Assembly: GCA_043228905.1 (NCBI GenBank)
Contig: JBHGNT010000021.1
Coordinates: 11,966,001-12,030,000, forward strand
Origin: Azolla caroliniana
Taxonomy: Eukaryota > Plantae > Polypodiophyta
Reading direction: 5' to 3'
DNA: 64,000 nt
A program made the position numbers and the translations under genes. Below are positions 36,007-49,500 of this stretch, piece after piece (the first letter of the stretch is position 1; every line of letters starts with the position of its first letter). A model generated the notes under the pieces. The model saw only the letters and a program-made list of their open reading frames with translations, searched no databases and was not told where the DNA came from.

Positions 36007-36545
36007 GCGAGAAAGAGACAGAAGAAGAAGGAGGAGGAGGGGGTCCACCGTCCACACGCACACACTCTTCAATGTCCGTCAGTCAGTCAGGCTCAAACCT
36101 CTCGTCTTTCTCGATTAGTTCTTGTTGCCCCGGCTCGAGTAGAGCTATCCACGGAATCTACCGAATCACAATATACTCTTGTCTTTGATCTCCTCGGCTC
36201 TCGAATTTTAACGTCTGTGAGTGGATTGATTCTATTGAATACTTTCTGTTGTCGCGTTAACACATGTGCGTGTGCTACTCAAGCAGGACCCCCTTGGACT
36301 AGGGAGGACGTGAGGACGTTAGGGGACTCACAAGGTTTCCAGTGTCATGATGTGGTAGGGTGCACATAGAAGGAATATAAGTTAAACTACAAAGATTAAA
36401 AAGGTTCGATGCTAAAGCTAAGGTGTGCTATGAATGACAAGTAACATACTGCATTTAAAAACAATGAAAAGACGTCGCTCAATTGTTAAGAGCTTATAAT
36501 ACGAGTGAGAGGGGGAAAATAGAGCGTTGTCGCGTGTACACGCGT
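36007..36545. repeat. ~540-bp segment (DHS upstream region + LTR pieces), duplicated at 44663-45208
   Basis: GAGGAGGGGGTCCACCGTCCACACGCACAC...TGTCGCGTGTACACGCGT is present at both loci. Confidence 0.9.
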
Positions 36546-36869
36546 TGTCGTGGAGAAAACCGTCCCTAGGCGGAATCTGAGAATAATGTGTGCGAACTGG
36601 CCCTTATACGTAGGCACAAGTTTTATTGTAATATATATATATATATTTAGGTACAAGTCGGCAAATGTGAATATCCTAGGTAGCACGCATTTGTTAGGTA
36701 GAAAATCGAGGCGAATCTCTATCCGAAAGGACAGAGAGTAAAGATGATGTAACGGGTTGTGATGGCCTCCCTCCTTGGGCTATAAAAGAGAGGGAGAGGA
36801 ATCGTAATGGGGATCGCGGTTGTCGAGGAGGAAGTGCTGACGGACTGGGACCAAGCTCTTTTCCTCCGT

Positions 36870-39800
36870 TGTCGCGTTGCTACGCGCGTGCGTGGAGAAA
36901 CGAGGCGGGACCACCGGGGTCTTGAACCGAAGAGCAGGTGATAGAAGGGGAAAGAGAAAGAGAGAGACGCCCGGTCACGTATGAGCAAAGAAACACAAGG
37001 GGCACGGCTCGTCAACACAGAAGACGTGAATGGACACAGAGACAGGGAGACACAAGTGTTTGTATATTAACGAATATCAAATACACAACAGAGCACGCGA
37101 GCGGTTACAACCGAACAGGCTGGCGAACAGATGCCGATGCCTGTTCGTCTGCGCACGAAAGGAGAAAAGGGTGGAGGTGCTGCCGGAAGCACACAGGCGT
37201 TCCTCGAAGCAGCGCGAGCCTCCCGAAACCCTGCAGAGAAGAGCGATGGAGAACGAACAGAGGAGAAGCGTTCGGTTACGGTCCGACAGCACTTCGTCCT
37301 CCTTAATGCGCGATCCCTTTCTCCCCGCGTCTCCCTCTCCTTTATAGCTTTAGGAAGGGTGCCGTCTCCCTCATTTACTTCCTACCTACCGAATCTAACT
37401 ACCCCCGGATATGCCTATGTACCTAATTCCCTATTATATACATTAAAGGGCGCGCACGTGTGAAGAGCCAGTTCACGCGCTCTATGCACCGATTGCGCTA
37501 AGGGACGGTTTTCTTCACGACATCCGCCCCCACCTAACCGCGCATCCACCGGTATGCGCCAAAATTGTGCTCTGGTTGGAGAAAACCGGCCCGAGTTCCG
37601 GTTCTTCGTCCATCGGTTCGTCCTCCGTTTCAGACTGTTCATCGTCGCTGTCCAGGCCTCTTAGGTCCGGTTCACCGTCGTGGCGCTTCTTGAACGCTTT
37701 GATCCGCTTCCCCGCCACCGGTATCGCCATCCTCGTATCGTCGAGTTCTGCCAGGTGATACGTCCCGTTGTCGTTGGCGCTCGTTACCACGTAAGGCCCG
37801 AACCACCGCTTTGCAAACTTCCGTGTTGCCCGATGCTGGTTATTGAGGCTGCTGTCGTAGACTAGCACCTAGTCGCCTTCCTCGATTTTCTTTGGTCAGA
37901 GCCGGTGCGTTCAGTCGAACCGGGCTTTGTTCCTCATCCTCGCCGTCCGAAGTCTCTCCTCCGCTCGTTCCACGTCCTCTGGCCTCCGCTCGAGCTGCCG
38001 TATACGCGCCACAAGTAGTTCTTCCATACTCATCTCGTCTCTCCAGTCTACTGTCGCCCAAGAGGAGATCGTCCGTTCCATCGGCATGATCGGCTTCTGT
38101 TCGAACATGAGCTCTGACGGCATGAACCCGGTTACCGAACTGTGCGTTGTCCGGTCCGCCCACAAGGCATAGGGTAACAGTCGTGGCCAGTTCCCGACCT
38201 GTCCTTCGCACGCCCAGACTAGCGCTTTGACGATCGGTCCGTGCCCGCGCTCCACCTTCCCGTTTGCCTCCGGATTTATGCTGTGGTGAGCGAGAGCTTG
38301 ACCCCTAACCGGTCGAACAACTCCTCGGCCTCTTCGGCGTCCAACTCCCTGCGGTTAGTCACGATCTTTCCGACGCACCCGTACCGGCATATCACGTCCT
38401 CGATCAGGAACCGACACACGACCGCGGTTGTTTTGTTCTGCAGGGCTCGGCCTTCCACCTGGTTCGTCAGGTCCTCCCGGGCCAGCACCAGATATCGCAT
38501 CTGCCCTACGCCCATCGGCATCGTCACCAAATCTACCATCCATTTGAAGTGGATGGCCGGAGGGTATGTAGGGTGAAGCTCGTCCCGATGTCGGACTATG
38601 GAGTGTATCTGACAGCTCTCACAAGTCGTCACGAACCGATGCACGTCTCGGTACAATCCCGGCCACCAGTACTTCCCCTTTAGTTTCTCGAACGTGGCCC
38701 ACGTTCCTCGGTGTCCAGCCCAGGGGCTGTCGTAGTAGGCCTTCAGTAACTCGTCCTGTTCCTCCTTCATCGCCACTACTCGGAGCGGGATGCCGTTTCT
38801 TTTCTTCGGGTGCTTCCACAAGTATCCGTCCCGGAGAAAGAATCGATACACTTTCTTCCGGATCCGGTTGGCCTCTTCCTTTGTCCATGACGCGTCCGGC
38901 GTCATCGTCCTCAAGAATCCCCCAATCTGCAGCCACTCCCCGTTGTACTTGCTCTCGTTGAAATCGTTAAGCGCCGGAGTGCTCCCCCCCTCGGTTGTTA
39001 CGTAAGCCGCCTCGAAGAAGTCCACGCCGACTTCCTCGTCCTCCGAAACCATGCTGCCCTCGTCGTCGAATCGCGCCCTCGAAAGCATGTGGGCCATGGC
39101 ATTGTCTTTCCCGGAAATGTGTCGTATTTCCGGATCTAGGGACTTGATGTACGCCATCCACCTGAGCATTGCCAGGTCCGGGGTTGCGCATTCGGAAACC
39201 ATGCCGAGAATCGGCAGGTAGTCCGTCTCGATAATCACCTCTGTCCCGATCAGATAGTCTTTATCGGCCTTCACTGCCGAAACGATACCCTAGAGTTCGC
39301 GTTTAACCTGGGCGTATCCTCGCTGTCGCTCGCTAAGGACCTTCGCACCGAACCGGATTGGGAACCGAATGCCGTCCTCATCTTCTTGGTTGACGACCCA
39401 TCCAATCCTGGTCGGACTTGTATCTACCGTTATGTAGATGGGAGTGCCTTTCTCGTAGACAGCCTTCTGGAGTGCCGGAGCTGCAGCAAGAGCCTCCTTC
39501 ATCTTCCGGACCGACTCCGTATGCTCGTCTCACCACTCGAATCTTCGCCCCTTTTTCAGCAACCCGTATAGTGGTTCGGCAACGTGGGCGTAATGCAGGA
39601 TCCATATGTGATAGAACGCGCATGCTCCCAAGAACCTCCGTACTTCCGTGACCGAGTTACAGTCAGGCTTCATAGCGGAGATGGCTTCCACCTTAGCCGG
39701 AGATGGTTTCCGGCCATAGGCTCTGCATAGATGTCCGACGACCATGATCTCCGATTGCCCGAAGGCCGATTTCTTCCCGGAGAAGGTGAGCCTCGCGTCC

Positions 39801-42800
39801 TCTAGCCTCTGCAGTACCCTCTCGCGGTCGTCAATGTGTGTCACCACGAATTTCTGGCATCCGTCCGGTCCGATCGTTTTGTCCTTTTTCTCCATCGGAC
39901 ATCCCTTGATCGGGATGTCGTCCAAGAATGGCATGGTGATGTCCGGGATACAATCCCTCAACACTTTGTTCATCGCATTCACCATGTGGGCCACCGAGTT
40001 CGTCCCTCCTTGTGGCAGGGTACACATCCGCACTAGGCCGAGAGGAGTCCGCATCGTCGTAATGTCTCTGCTCTCTACGGCTAGTTGGAACTGGTCGAAC
40101 CCCGAGTACAGATCACCGACCGAGTAGATCGACCTTCCGGCGAAGGCCTCCGCGAACTCGTCTATCGTTGGTCCGATTCCTACATTCCGAATGGTTACTC
40201 TGTTGACCGGTTGCAGGTCTTGAATGAAGCGCAACGTCCCGTTCTTCTTCGGTACGGTAAACCACCGGTTCGAGTACGGGGCACTCGACGGTTCGAGGAT
40301 GCCCATATCGACTTTCTGCCTCAATAGCTCCATCAGCTCCTGGATGTGAGCTCTTGGTACCGAAATTGGCTTGAGATTCCACGCCACATGCGGTACCGTG
40401 AATATCACCATCGGCTTCACGACTGTCGGGTCTACGCACCCGATCTCCTCCGGTGAGAATGCGAAGGCTTTCCCGTGCCTTCCGAGCATTCTCCGAAACT
40501 GGTCTTCTTCCGCCGGCAGTAGGAACCCGCCCCCACCGATTTTGAGCTCCCGTAGCGTTCTGTCGGTGAAGGCGTGCTCTATGCAGGCCGGATCTCGTAA
40601 ACTGGGGTCCGACGCCACCCCCTTGATTCGCAACTCGCTGCCCTCCGGTAAGGGTGCCGCGACTGGCCTTACCTTCCGGTCCACAGTCTTGTACTTCGTG
40701 TTAACCCATGCCGTCCGATTCGACTCGAGCCCTCGACTGAAGTTCGCGATGACTTCGTACATCTCTTCACCGGTATCGTCCGGTCCTCTTTAAGGCCCTC
40801 TCCGACCACCTCTCGCAGTATTCCCAAGGTATCGTCGAAGGAGACCACCTCCACGGCTCCGTTGATTTCCTCGCTGGGCCCGAGAACTCCGCACGCCCGA
40901 AGTCGCTCTTCCGCCCTTGTCTTTTCTCGGCCTACGACGCCGACTATCGTACACCCTCCGTTGTCGGAGAAACAAAACTTCCTACCTATGGTACAAGGTT
41001 TCTTCGGTTTCGCCTCTATCGTACATTTGTGGGGTTTTCCCGGAGTGTCCGTACTGTCGCGGCCCCACGCCTTGACAGCCCTCTCTAAAAATCCTCTCGG
41101 TTCTCACCACCGAGGGACTCGCGGTTTCGCTCGTGGTTCGGTCGCACCGTTAGGAACTGGACCGAATGACGCCCGTCCTGACTCTTGACCCTTGCGTAAG
41201 CCGACCCGTTGTCCAGCACCTTGGTCTCCATTCGCGCTGCCGTAATGTATGGTTCTCCCAGTATGACCAGGTGCGAGGACGTCTCCTGCACAAAGAAGTG
41301 TTGGTCTATCTCGACGTCGCCGATCTTGACTCGCACGTTTGGGCAGGCCCCGTGTAGTTCCTCGGTGGCGCGCGTTGCTGCCCGTATCTTCCACCCGTGC
41401 TTGGTGTTGATCGGCCATTTCCCCTTCTTGTAGAAGTCCATGGACATCAGGTTTATTTCCGAACCGTGGTCCACCAGCGCCACCACCGGTTCCTGAACAT
41501 CTCCAATCTTCACCGGGGTTTCCGTGGTCACTCGGCCCCAGTGTGGCCTCGAATAGTGGCTCTCCGCCCACTCGTCTTCCAGCGCCATGTCCTCTATGTG
41601 CGCCGTCCACACCTCCGCCGGCCTTTCCGGTTCTGCCTCCGTCGACAGCCTCTTCCTCTTCACCAAGTCTACGATGGAGTCGTGGAACTCCTTCTTGGCG
41701 ATTCCGAGGACCTCCCACAACGATAGTTCTACTTTGTTGTCGAGGATTCATTCTTCCAGGACCTTTCGTAGGTCCGTGGTCCTTTCGATCTCCGTGCCCA
41801 AATGGTATCCGCCCTTCTTGTGGTTATCCCGGGCACTGGACTCACCGGCCTCGTTCTGTTTCGGCCCGAATCGGGTTTCGTATCTCTGTGAGGGTCCGGC
41901 CCCTCCGGTTTTACCTACCCGTTTGTCTTCAACCAGAGCCTTGTAGTTCTGGCAAGCTGCTTCGACGAAACCCGTCTTTTCTTCGACCGGGTCACTCCAC
42001 CCGGTTACCTCTTGGACCCGCTTCTCCGCGTGGTCCGCCTCGTCTCTCTTTAGTCGGGCACCGGCGAGGCCTTCCAGCACCGTCGGCCAGAACCCGGCTT
42101 TGCTCTCCTTCCGGGCCTCGCTGCCTCCAACCCGAATATTGGCTGACGTTGAGTAGTGGACGGTCGCCGCGTGCCGGGCTGCCGCCTCTTCCATCAGCCT
42201 TTTCATTCCTCCTCGCCCGTCGTTTCGGTTCAGGGCCCTTCGAGTATTGCTGGCGTGCACCTGAACTTCCCACAAGTACACTATCCAGCTCTCAAAGCCT
42301 CCATAAAGTCCCCGCAGTCTTTCCGGATGTGGCCGACCTCGTCACACCACATGCACCTACTCCCTGCCGGAGGCCGTCGGTCACGAGCCTGATCACCGCC
42401 TTCCCTCCGAGCCTGGGCGATCTAGAGATCCTTTACCGCTCGTGTCAACTCCCCCAGAGTTGTTCCCCCGGACGAGCCTATGATCACGCCGGTCGAAGAC
42501 GAACCGGTTTCGAGCCACTCCCGGGTCTCTTCCCTTCGCGCCTGCGGTATCGGTTCGAGCTTCCTTGCTGCGATAGGTCCCGCCCCGGTCGCCTCTGTAT
42601 CAGCCCACTCCCACCGTTTGTCAAAACGGCCGCAGACTCTTTTTACCACGGCCCAGTCGGCCGTCAGCCCGTCTTCGGTTTCCAGTAAGGAGCCAACTTG
42701 ACCCCGATCCCGTGCGTCAACCGATTTGACAAACAATAGGACACGACTTGTGTCCATGACGATCCGATCGAGCGCCGAAAGGCGCGCAAAGCGTTCCTCA

Positions 42801-43907
42801 AACTCCGGAGGAGTACTGACGCATTTCTTCCTTTGTTGGGGGACTCCACCCACTCCATGAAGCCCCGCTTCGAAAGTCGAAGCGCGTCATCCAGCCCGTA
42901 TTTCTCCAAGAGCCGTCCTTCGAACTCCTCCCAGGTCCGGCTCTCCGCCCGGACCTCGAGCACCTCCGCATGGATGCCCGGCATCGCCACTCGAGGGAAT
43001 TCGGCAAGACGCCTCTCTTCCGGAATATCCCTCATCAACATCTCCGCCCGGTAGGACGCCAAATAACTCATGGCATCCTTTCCACTGAACCGGCCGATCA
43101 TACCGACGATTACCTCAATAGCCCTGTCAAGGGCACCGGTGCCCTCGCGCACGCTCACTATCCGGTCCACGGCCGAAGCCATAGCCTCTGCAAGATCCGA
43201 CCCCCTCATCTTCTGCTCCTCTGCCACCTTGTTTCACGTGGGGTTCACCAAATATGTCACGTTGCTACGCGTGTGCGTGGAGAAACGAGGCGGGACCACC
43301 GGGGTCTTGCATCGAAGAGCAGGTGATAGAAGGGGAAAGAGAAAGAGAGACGCCTGGTCACGTATGAGCAAAGAAACACAGGGGGCACGGCTCGTCAACA
43401 CAGAAGATGCGAATGGACAAAGAGACAGGGAGACACAAGTGTTTGTATATATTAACGAATATCAAATACATAACAGAGCACGCGAGCGGTTACAATCGAA
43501 CAGGCCGGTGAACAGATGCCGATGCTTGTTCGTCTGCGCACGAAAGGAGAAAAGGGTGGAGGTGCTGCCGGAAGCACACGGGCATTCCTCGAAGCAGCGC
43601 GAGCCTCCCGAAACCCTGCAGAGAAGAGTGATGGAGAACGAACAGAGGAGAAGCGTTCAGTTACGGTCCGACAGCACTTCGTCCTCCTTAATGCGCGATC
43701 CCTTTCTCCCCGCGTCTCCCTCTCCTTTATAGCTTAAGGAAGGGAGCCGTCTCCCTCATTTACTTCCTACCTACCGAATCTAACTACTCCCGGATATGCC
43801 TATGTACCTAATTCCCTATTATATACATTAAAGGGCGCGCACGCGTGAAGAGCCAGTTCACGCGCTCTATGCACCGATTGCGCTAAGGGACGGTTTTCTT
43901 CACGACA
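36870..43907 (-). mobile_element. Full-length, slightly decayed Ty3/gypsy LTR retrotransposon; LTRs 36870-37522 and 43255-43907 (653 bp each)
   Basis: TG..CA LTRs; PBS complementary to tRNA-Trp (TTCACGTGGGGTTCACCA, 43233-43250); PPT GGTGGGGGCGGA. Domain order gag, PR (ALVDHGSEIN), RT (PQGGTNS, FLDD), RH, IN (GHRG..WWP..C..C, GPY). Flanks do not match as a TSD. Confidence 0.95.
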
Positions 43908-44023
43908 GCGCGTGCGTGGAGAAAGGCGGGACCACGGGGGTCATGGACTAGAGAGTGATGGAGCGTAGGAAGTCGTGCTTCACTGTTTCTGGGGCATCCC
44001 AGAGACACACCGGAAGCAACCGA

Positions 44024-44069
<46 letters not shown>

Positions 44070-44662
44070 TGCTTAACACCGACTCATGCACACGCACATG
44101 CACACACGCACAACCCGACTCACGCCTTATTTACAGAAAATGCAGGAAGGGGTAAGCACCCGACGCCAACAACGACCCGAATATACACAGACAAACGTAT
44201 ATATATATATATATGAAGGGAAGAATACATTCCCGGCGTCGAGCCGGACTGATGTAGGTTACAGTAGTCGTTTGCTGTCAAGCCGCCGTTGGGGAGCTCT
44301 CAACTCGTCACACCGAGCGGGGTCTTGCACAGGAGGCTGAACCAAGCAAACGCTAAGGGAAACACGCAGAAGGAGAAGAAGAACCTAACTCTAAACCTAA
44401 CGGTATACCCTCTATTGCAAAATGGGCAACCCTTACATAAAGGGCGTTCCCTTCCTTTTATAGAACAAGGAAAGAGATGCGTTACAATGTGGGACAAATC
44501 TCGACTTACATGGGATCGTCTGTCCCGACTTGACTACTCTTCGGCGCCATAAAGGCGCCCTCGATATTCACAGTAAATGTACACGGGTGCGTACACACGC
44601 TGCACGCCGCCGATGTAGCCAATGTTCCCCGGTTTCCACCTCTGGCCGAAATTCTTCACGAC
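43908..44662 (-). repeat. Related-family LTR truncated at one end by the gypsy element; contains a (GA)n microsatellite
   Basis: Begins GCGCGTGCGTGGAGAAAGGCGGGACCAC like the family LTR but lacks its first bases; ends TTCTTCACGACA. Confidence 0.7.
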
Positions 44663-45208
44663 AGTGAGAAAGAGATAGAAGAAGGAGGAGGAGGAGGAGG
44701 GGGTCCACCGTCCACACGCACACACTCTTCAATGTCAGTTAGTCAGTCACCATGGCTCAAACCTCTCGTCTTTCTCGATTAGTTCTTGTTGCCCCGGATG
44801 GTGTAGAGCTATCCGTGGAATCTACCGAATCACAATATACTCTTGTCTTCGATCTCCTCGGCTCTCGAATTTTAACGTCTGTGAGTGGATTGATTCTATT
44901 GAATACTTTCTGTCGCCACGTTAACACATGTGCGTGTGCTACTCAAGCAAGACCCCCTTGGACTAGGGAGGACGTAAGGACGTTAGGGGACTCAAAGGTT
45001 TCCAGTGTCATGATGTGGTAGGGTGCACATAGGAGGAGTATAAGTTAAACTACAAAGATTAAAAAGGTTCAATGCTAAAGCTAAGGTGTGCTATGAATGA
45101 CAAGTAACATACTGCATTTAAAAACAATGAAAAGTCGTCGCTCAATTGTTAAGAGCTTATAATACGAGTGAGAGGGGGAAAATAGAGCGTTGTCGCGTGT
45201 ACACGCGT
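44663..45208. repeat. Second copy of the duplicated DHS-upstream segment
   Basis: Near-identical to 36007-36545. Confidence 0.9.
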
Positions 45209-46542
45209 GCCTGTGCTACTCAAGCAGGACCACAAGGGTCTTGGACTAGGGAGACAATTGATGGAGAGGGTTCAAACGCTCGTCAAAGAGCTTGTTCAAT
45301 GGTCTTTAGTCGTTTGAAGCGCTCGCCGACCTTAAGTTTTGTCGGTCTAAGTGGCTTGTCGACCTTACAGGCTCATCGAACATAGGCGGCTCGTCGACCA
45401 TATAGCCTCTTTTTGTCAACCTCTCTTGACAACCGAATTCTTACCACTCGAGTGTACGAGCTCGGTCACGAGGACAAGTGAACACACGAGGAGGCTTACG
45501 CACAGGGCACAAGTGTTTGAACACCTTTCTAAAAAGGAGAGGTGCATGTGCACGCCCGAATCAACCCCAAGTCATAAGACGAACGAACGCACAAGAAAGG
45601 ACTAACAAACAAAGCACACATGTTTGAACACCTTTGTAAAAAGGTGAGGTGCGTAGGCAAGCCTGAATCAACCCCAGGTCACAAGACGAGCACTCGACAA
45701 GGGAAGGTGGATAGTGAATAGTGTATGCCCTTCACGACAAGCACTCGAACCACCAAACAATGAGTGAGTACACATGCACCAAAGATGACAACAGAACACA
45801 AACACACAAGCCAACAATGATGAAGACATGAATCGGGCACTCAACTTAACAATGACGAACACACGAAAGGAGGAAACGAAGAGGATGAAGAATCTGAAGA
45901 ACCCACAAAAAAGGCGTAAGGCAATAACCATGGTCAATTCCCAACTCCACCATCGCAAGCTCTTACAATTGCCTTGACTATAGGCCCGTGTTGACACTCT
46001 ATCTTTCTGTTGGCCTCTGGGTTATAAGCGGTTGTGACGGAGGGATTCACTCCAAGTCTTTCAAAGAGCTATGTAGGTTCATGAACATTCAACTCCCCTC
46101 TATCTGCCACTATCTTTCCCACGCATCCGTACTGATAGATGACATTTTTGAGTAAGAATTTGACCTAAGTTGAAAACAAAAATTGAACCATGAAAACGTG
46201 GTTTTATTGGTTTAATGGTTTAATGGTTTGGATTTTGACCTAACCGTTCGGTTTAGGTTTCGAAATTTTTAAACGGTTCGGTTTGGACACTCTTGAAACA
46301 AACTGTTGTCGCGAAATTTTGCGCGCGTGTGTTACTTGGACAGGACCACAGGGGTGTTGGACTAGGGAGTACGTAGGGACAAAGAAGACCCTACATTTGC
46401 TTGACGACAAGACTAGTTCTCCAGCAAGGGCTCGTTGCCCCTTTTGTGAGGTCGGCGGCTTTCATTGATCACAACTCGTCGAGTTTTCGAGATCGCCGCA
46501 CGAGCCATGTGATCAAACGGGTACAAGGAAAGATGACCACAC

Positions 46543-49500
46543 TGTCGCGAACTGCACGCTTCTATGAACACCGCTTGGCCACAACCGAGTCTAAGATCAA
46601 ACACCGAAAACGGGAATGAATACACACAACACAAAGGAGAGAAGAGTACACAGGATGTTTAACGTGGAAAACCCTGAGAGGGAAAAACCACGAGAGTCCA
46701 CAGACTCCAAACTGTCACTATATCACAATGATTACAACAGTGAGCTCACGGAGGCAACGACCTCATGCTCACAATCTTCGCCACAGGCGGCGGTTACAAC
46801 ATAGGCAACGACCTCTCTCTCTCTCTCACTCTTTGTACACTGTTATGGGCTCACTAGTCTTGCGCTAACAAGAATGACAACAACATTTTATTGAGTTTGC
46901 CCTAAGTCATATTTATACTAATATGACTTTCTGGCTATTTACAAATATAGCCCCGATGGACTCTCAGAAACATATTTGCGAATATGTCCCTTCATCCGGT
47001 GAGCACTCCTCACCGGGCCTGCATCATCCGGCGCTTGCCGGGCACAAGTCATCTGGTTCTCACCGGGTCTTCCGTTGCCGGGTACTCCACATCCAGTTCT
47101 CACCGGGTCTTCACCATCCGGCTTTTGCCAGGTACTTGTCATTCGGTTCTCATCGGGTCTTCCTTAGCCGGGTCTTCCACATCCGTTCTTCTCACTTCCC
47201 ATTAGTACTGTTCTTCTCACTTCCCATCCGGAGGGACATGTTTCCTAACAAACTCCCCCTTCACTCCGGCATGGGATGTCTTACTAGTCCGATCAACTTC
47301 TGACATGCATCCAGCTTGTCGGGTACCAGTACTTTGGTCAACATATCTGACCCGTTCTCGGCCATGTGGATCTTCGTCAGCACGAACTCTTGGTCATCTA
47401 CTCTTTCCCAGATCCAGTGATGCCTTCACTGGATATGCTTCGTCCGGGAATGGTAGGCCGCATTCTTAGCAAGGTAGATGGCACTTTGACTGTCGCAATA
47501 GAGCCGATATTCATCTTGCCGGATACCGAGCTCTTCGATGAAGTCCTTCATCCATAATATTTCCTTGCCGGCTTCCACATCCGCCATGTACTCCGCCTCC
47601 GTGGTTGACAACGCAACCGTCTTCTACAACCTGGACTGCCATGAAACAGCTCCTCCTGCGTATGTCATTACATACCCGGATGTAGACCGGCTGGTATCCA
47701 CATCAGCCGACATGTCTGAATCGGTAAAACCATCAAGTTGAGGTTTTCCGGAGCCGAATCGGAGACACATGTTCGAAGTGCCCTTCAAGTACCGGAGTAT
47801 CCATTTGACTGCGTTCCAGTGCTACTTGTCGGGATTGCTCATAAACCGGGTCACCACTCCAACTGCGTATCCTATATCCGGTCAGGTACACACCATTGCG
47901 TACATTAAGCTCCCGACGGTAGAGTCATATGGAACCTTCATCATATCAACCTTCTTTGCTTTCGTCTTCGGGCTTTGCTTACCGGATAGTTTGCAGTTTG
48001 CCGGAAGTGTCGATCCGACTGGTTTCGCATCTGACATGTTGAACCGCTGAAGCACCTTTGTCACGTACTTCTCCTGTGACAGCCACAATTGCTTCATTGA
48101 CCGGTTCCGGATGATATGCATCCCCAACATCTGTCTTGCCGGACCCAAGTCTTTCATTGAGAAGGTCCGGTTGAGGGCCTTCTTTAGCATCTGTATTTTG
48201 GCTTGGTCCCGTCCGACGATCAGCATGTCGTCCACATACAGAAGGAGTATCAGGAAGTCGTCTCCTTCGAACTTCTTCACAAACACGCAATGATCGGCCT
48301 ACGTCTTGTGGTACCCTTGATCGGCCATGAAGGAGTCGAACTTCCGATACCATTGTCGGGGAGCCTGCTTCAGTCCGTACAAGCTCTTCTTCAATCGGCA
48401 AACCAGGTGCTCCTTCCCTTTCTCCACGAATCCTTCCGGTTGCTGCATGTAGATCTCCACTTCGAGGTCACCATGAAGGAATGCCGTCTTCATGTCCATT
48501 TGCTCTACCTCGAGGTCCATGTTTGCCGCTATACTCAGCACCGTCCGGATGGAGGTCATCTTTACTACCGGGGCAAATATCTCGTCGAAGTCCACGCCCT
48601 TCTTCTGTTGGAACCCCTTCACCACGATCTTGGCTTCGTATCTCGGGGGGTTGCCGGCATCTCCCGGTTTCAACTTGTACACCCACTTGTTTCGGAGTGC
48701 CCGCTTTCCTTTCGGCAACTCCACCAGTTCGTACGTATGGTTCTCATGCAGGGAATCCATCTCGTCCTGCATGGCACTTAACCATTTGCGACTGTGGGTG
48801 TCATCCTTCGCTTCTTCGAAGCTTTCCAACTCTCCCTCATCGGTCAACAGCACATGCTCTGCATCTGGAAATCTCCAAGGGGCCCTTCTCTCTCTAAGAG
48901 GATATCTCCGTCTCTGGGCTTCGGTAACCGGCTCCTCCATTTGCTCTTCATCTGAATCCGATTCGGGGTCTTGGCCGGTTCCGGTTTCAGCTTCCTCTAT
49001 TTCTTCTTCTGCCGGTTCAGTATCCTCACCGTAACCGGCTGGTTCCTCGAGTACTAACCGGTTTCTTGCTGGTTGGGTCTGCTCATCATAGAATCGATCC
49101 TTACCGATCGACTCGGAGTTCATTATCTTCTTCTCCGACTCCCAGTCGATGAGCATCTTGTCCTCCATGAAGATAATATCTCGACTCCGGAATACCTTCT
49201 TGTCGACCAGGTCCCACACTCGGTAGTCGAACTCATCGTTGCCGTAACTGAGGAATATGCATGGCCGGGTCTTTGGATCCAACTTTCCTCTCCAGTCCTT
49301 AGCTACATGCACATACGCGAGACATCCGAATACCTTCAGATGCCGGTAGGACACTTCCTTACCGGTCCAGACTCTTTGTGGCGTGTCTCCGTCCAAGGGT
49401 ACTGAGGGTGATCTGTTTATCACATATGTCGTTGTCAAGACTGAGAGAGAGAAAGAGAGAGAAAAAGAGATAGAGAGATAATTGAAAGAGAATTATTATA

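Noticed and set aside
41543-42688. 381-aa plus-strand ORF and many similar ORFs across 37-63 kb
   Set aside because: Antisense or alternate-frame ORFs in GC-rich retroelement and LTR sequence, with no recognisable motifs.
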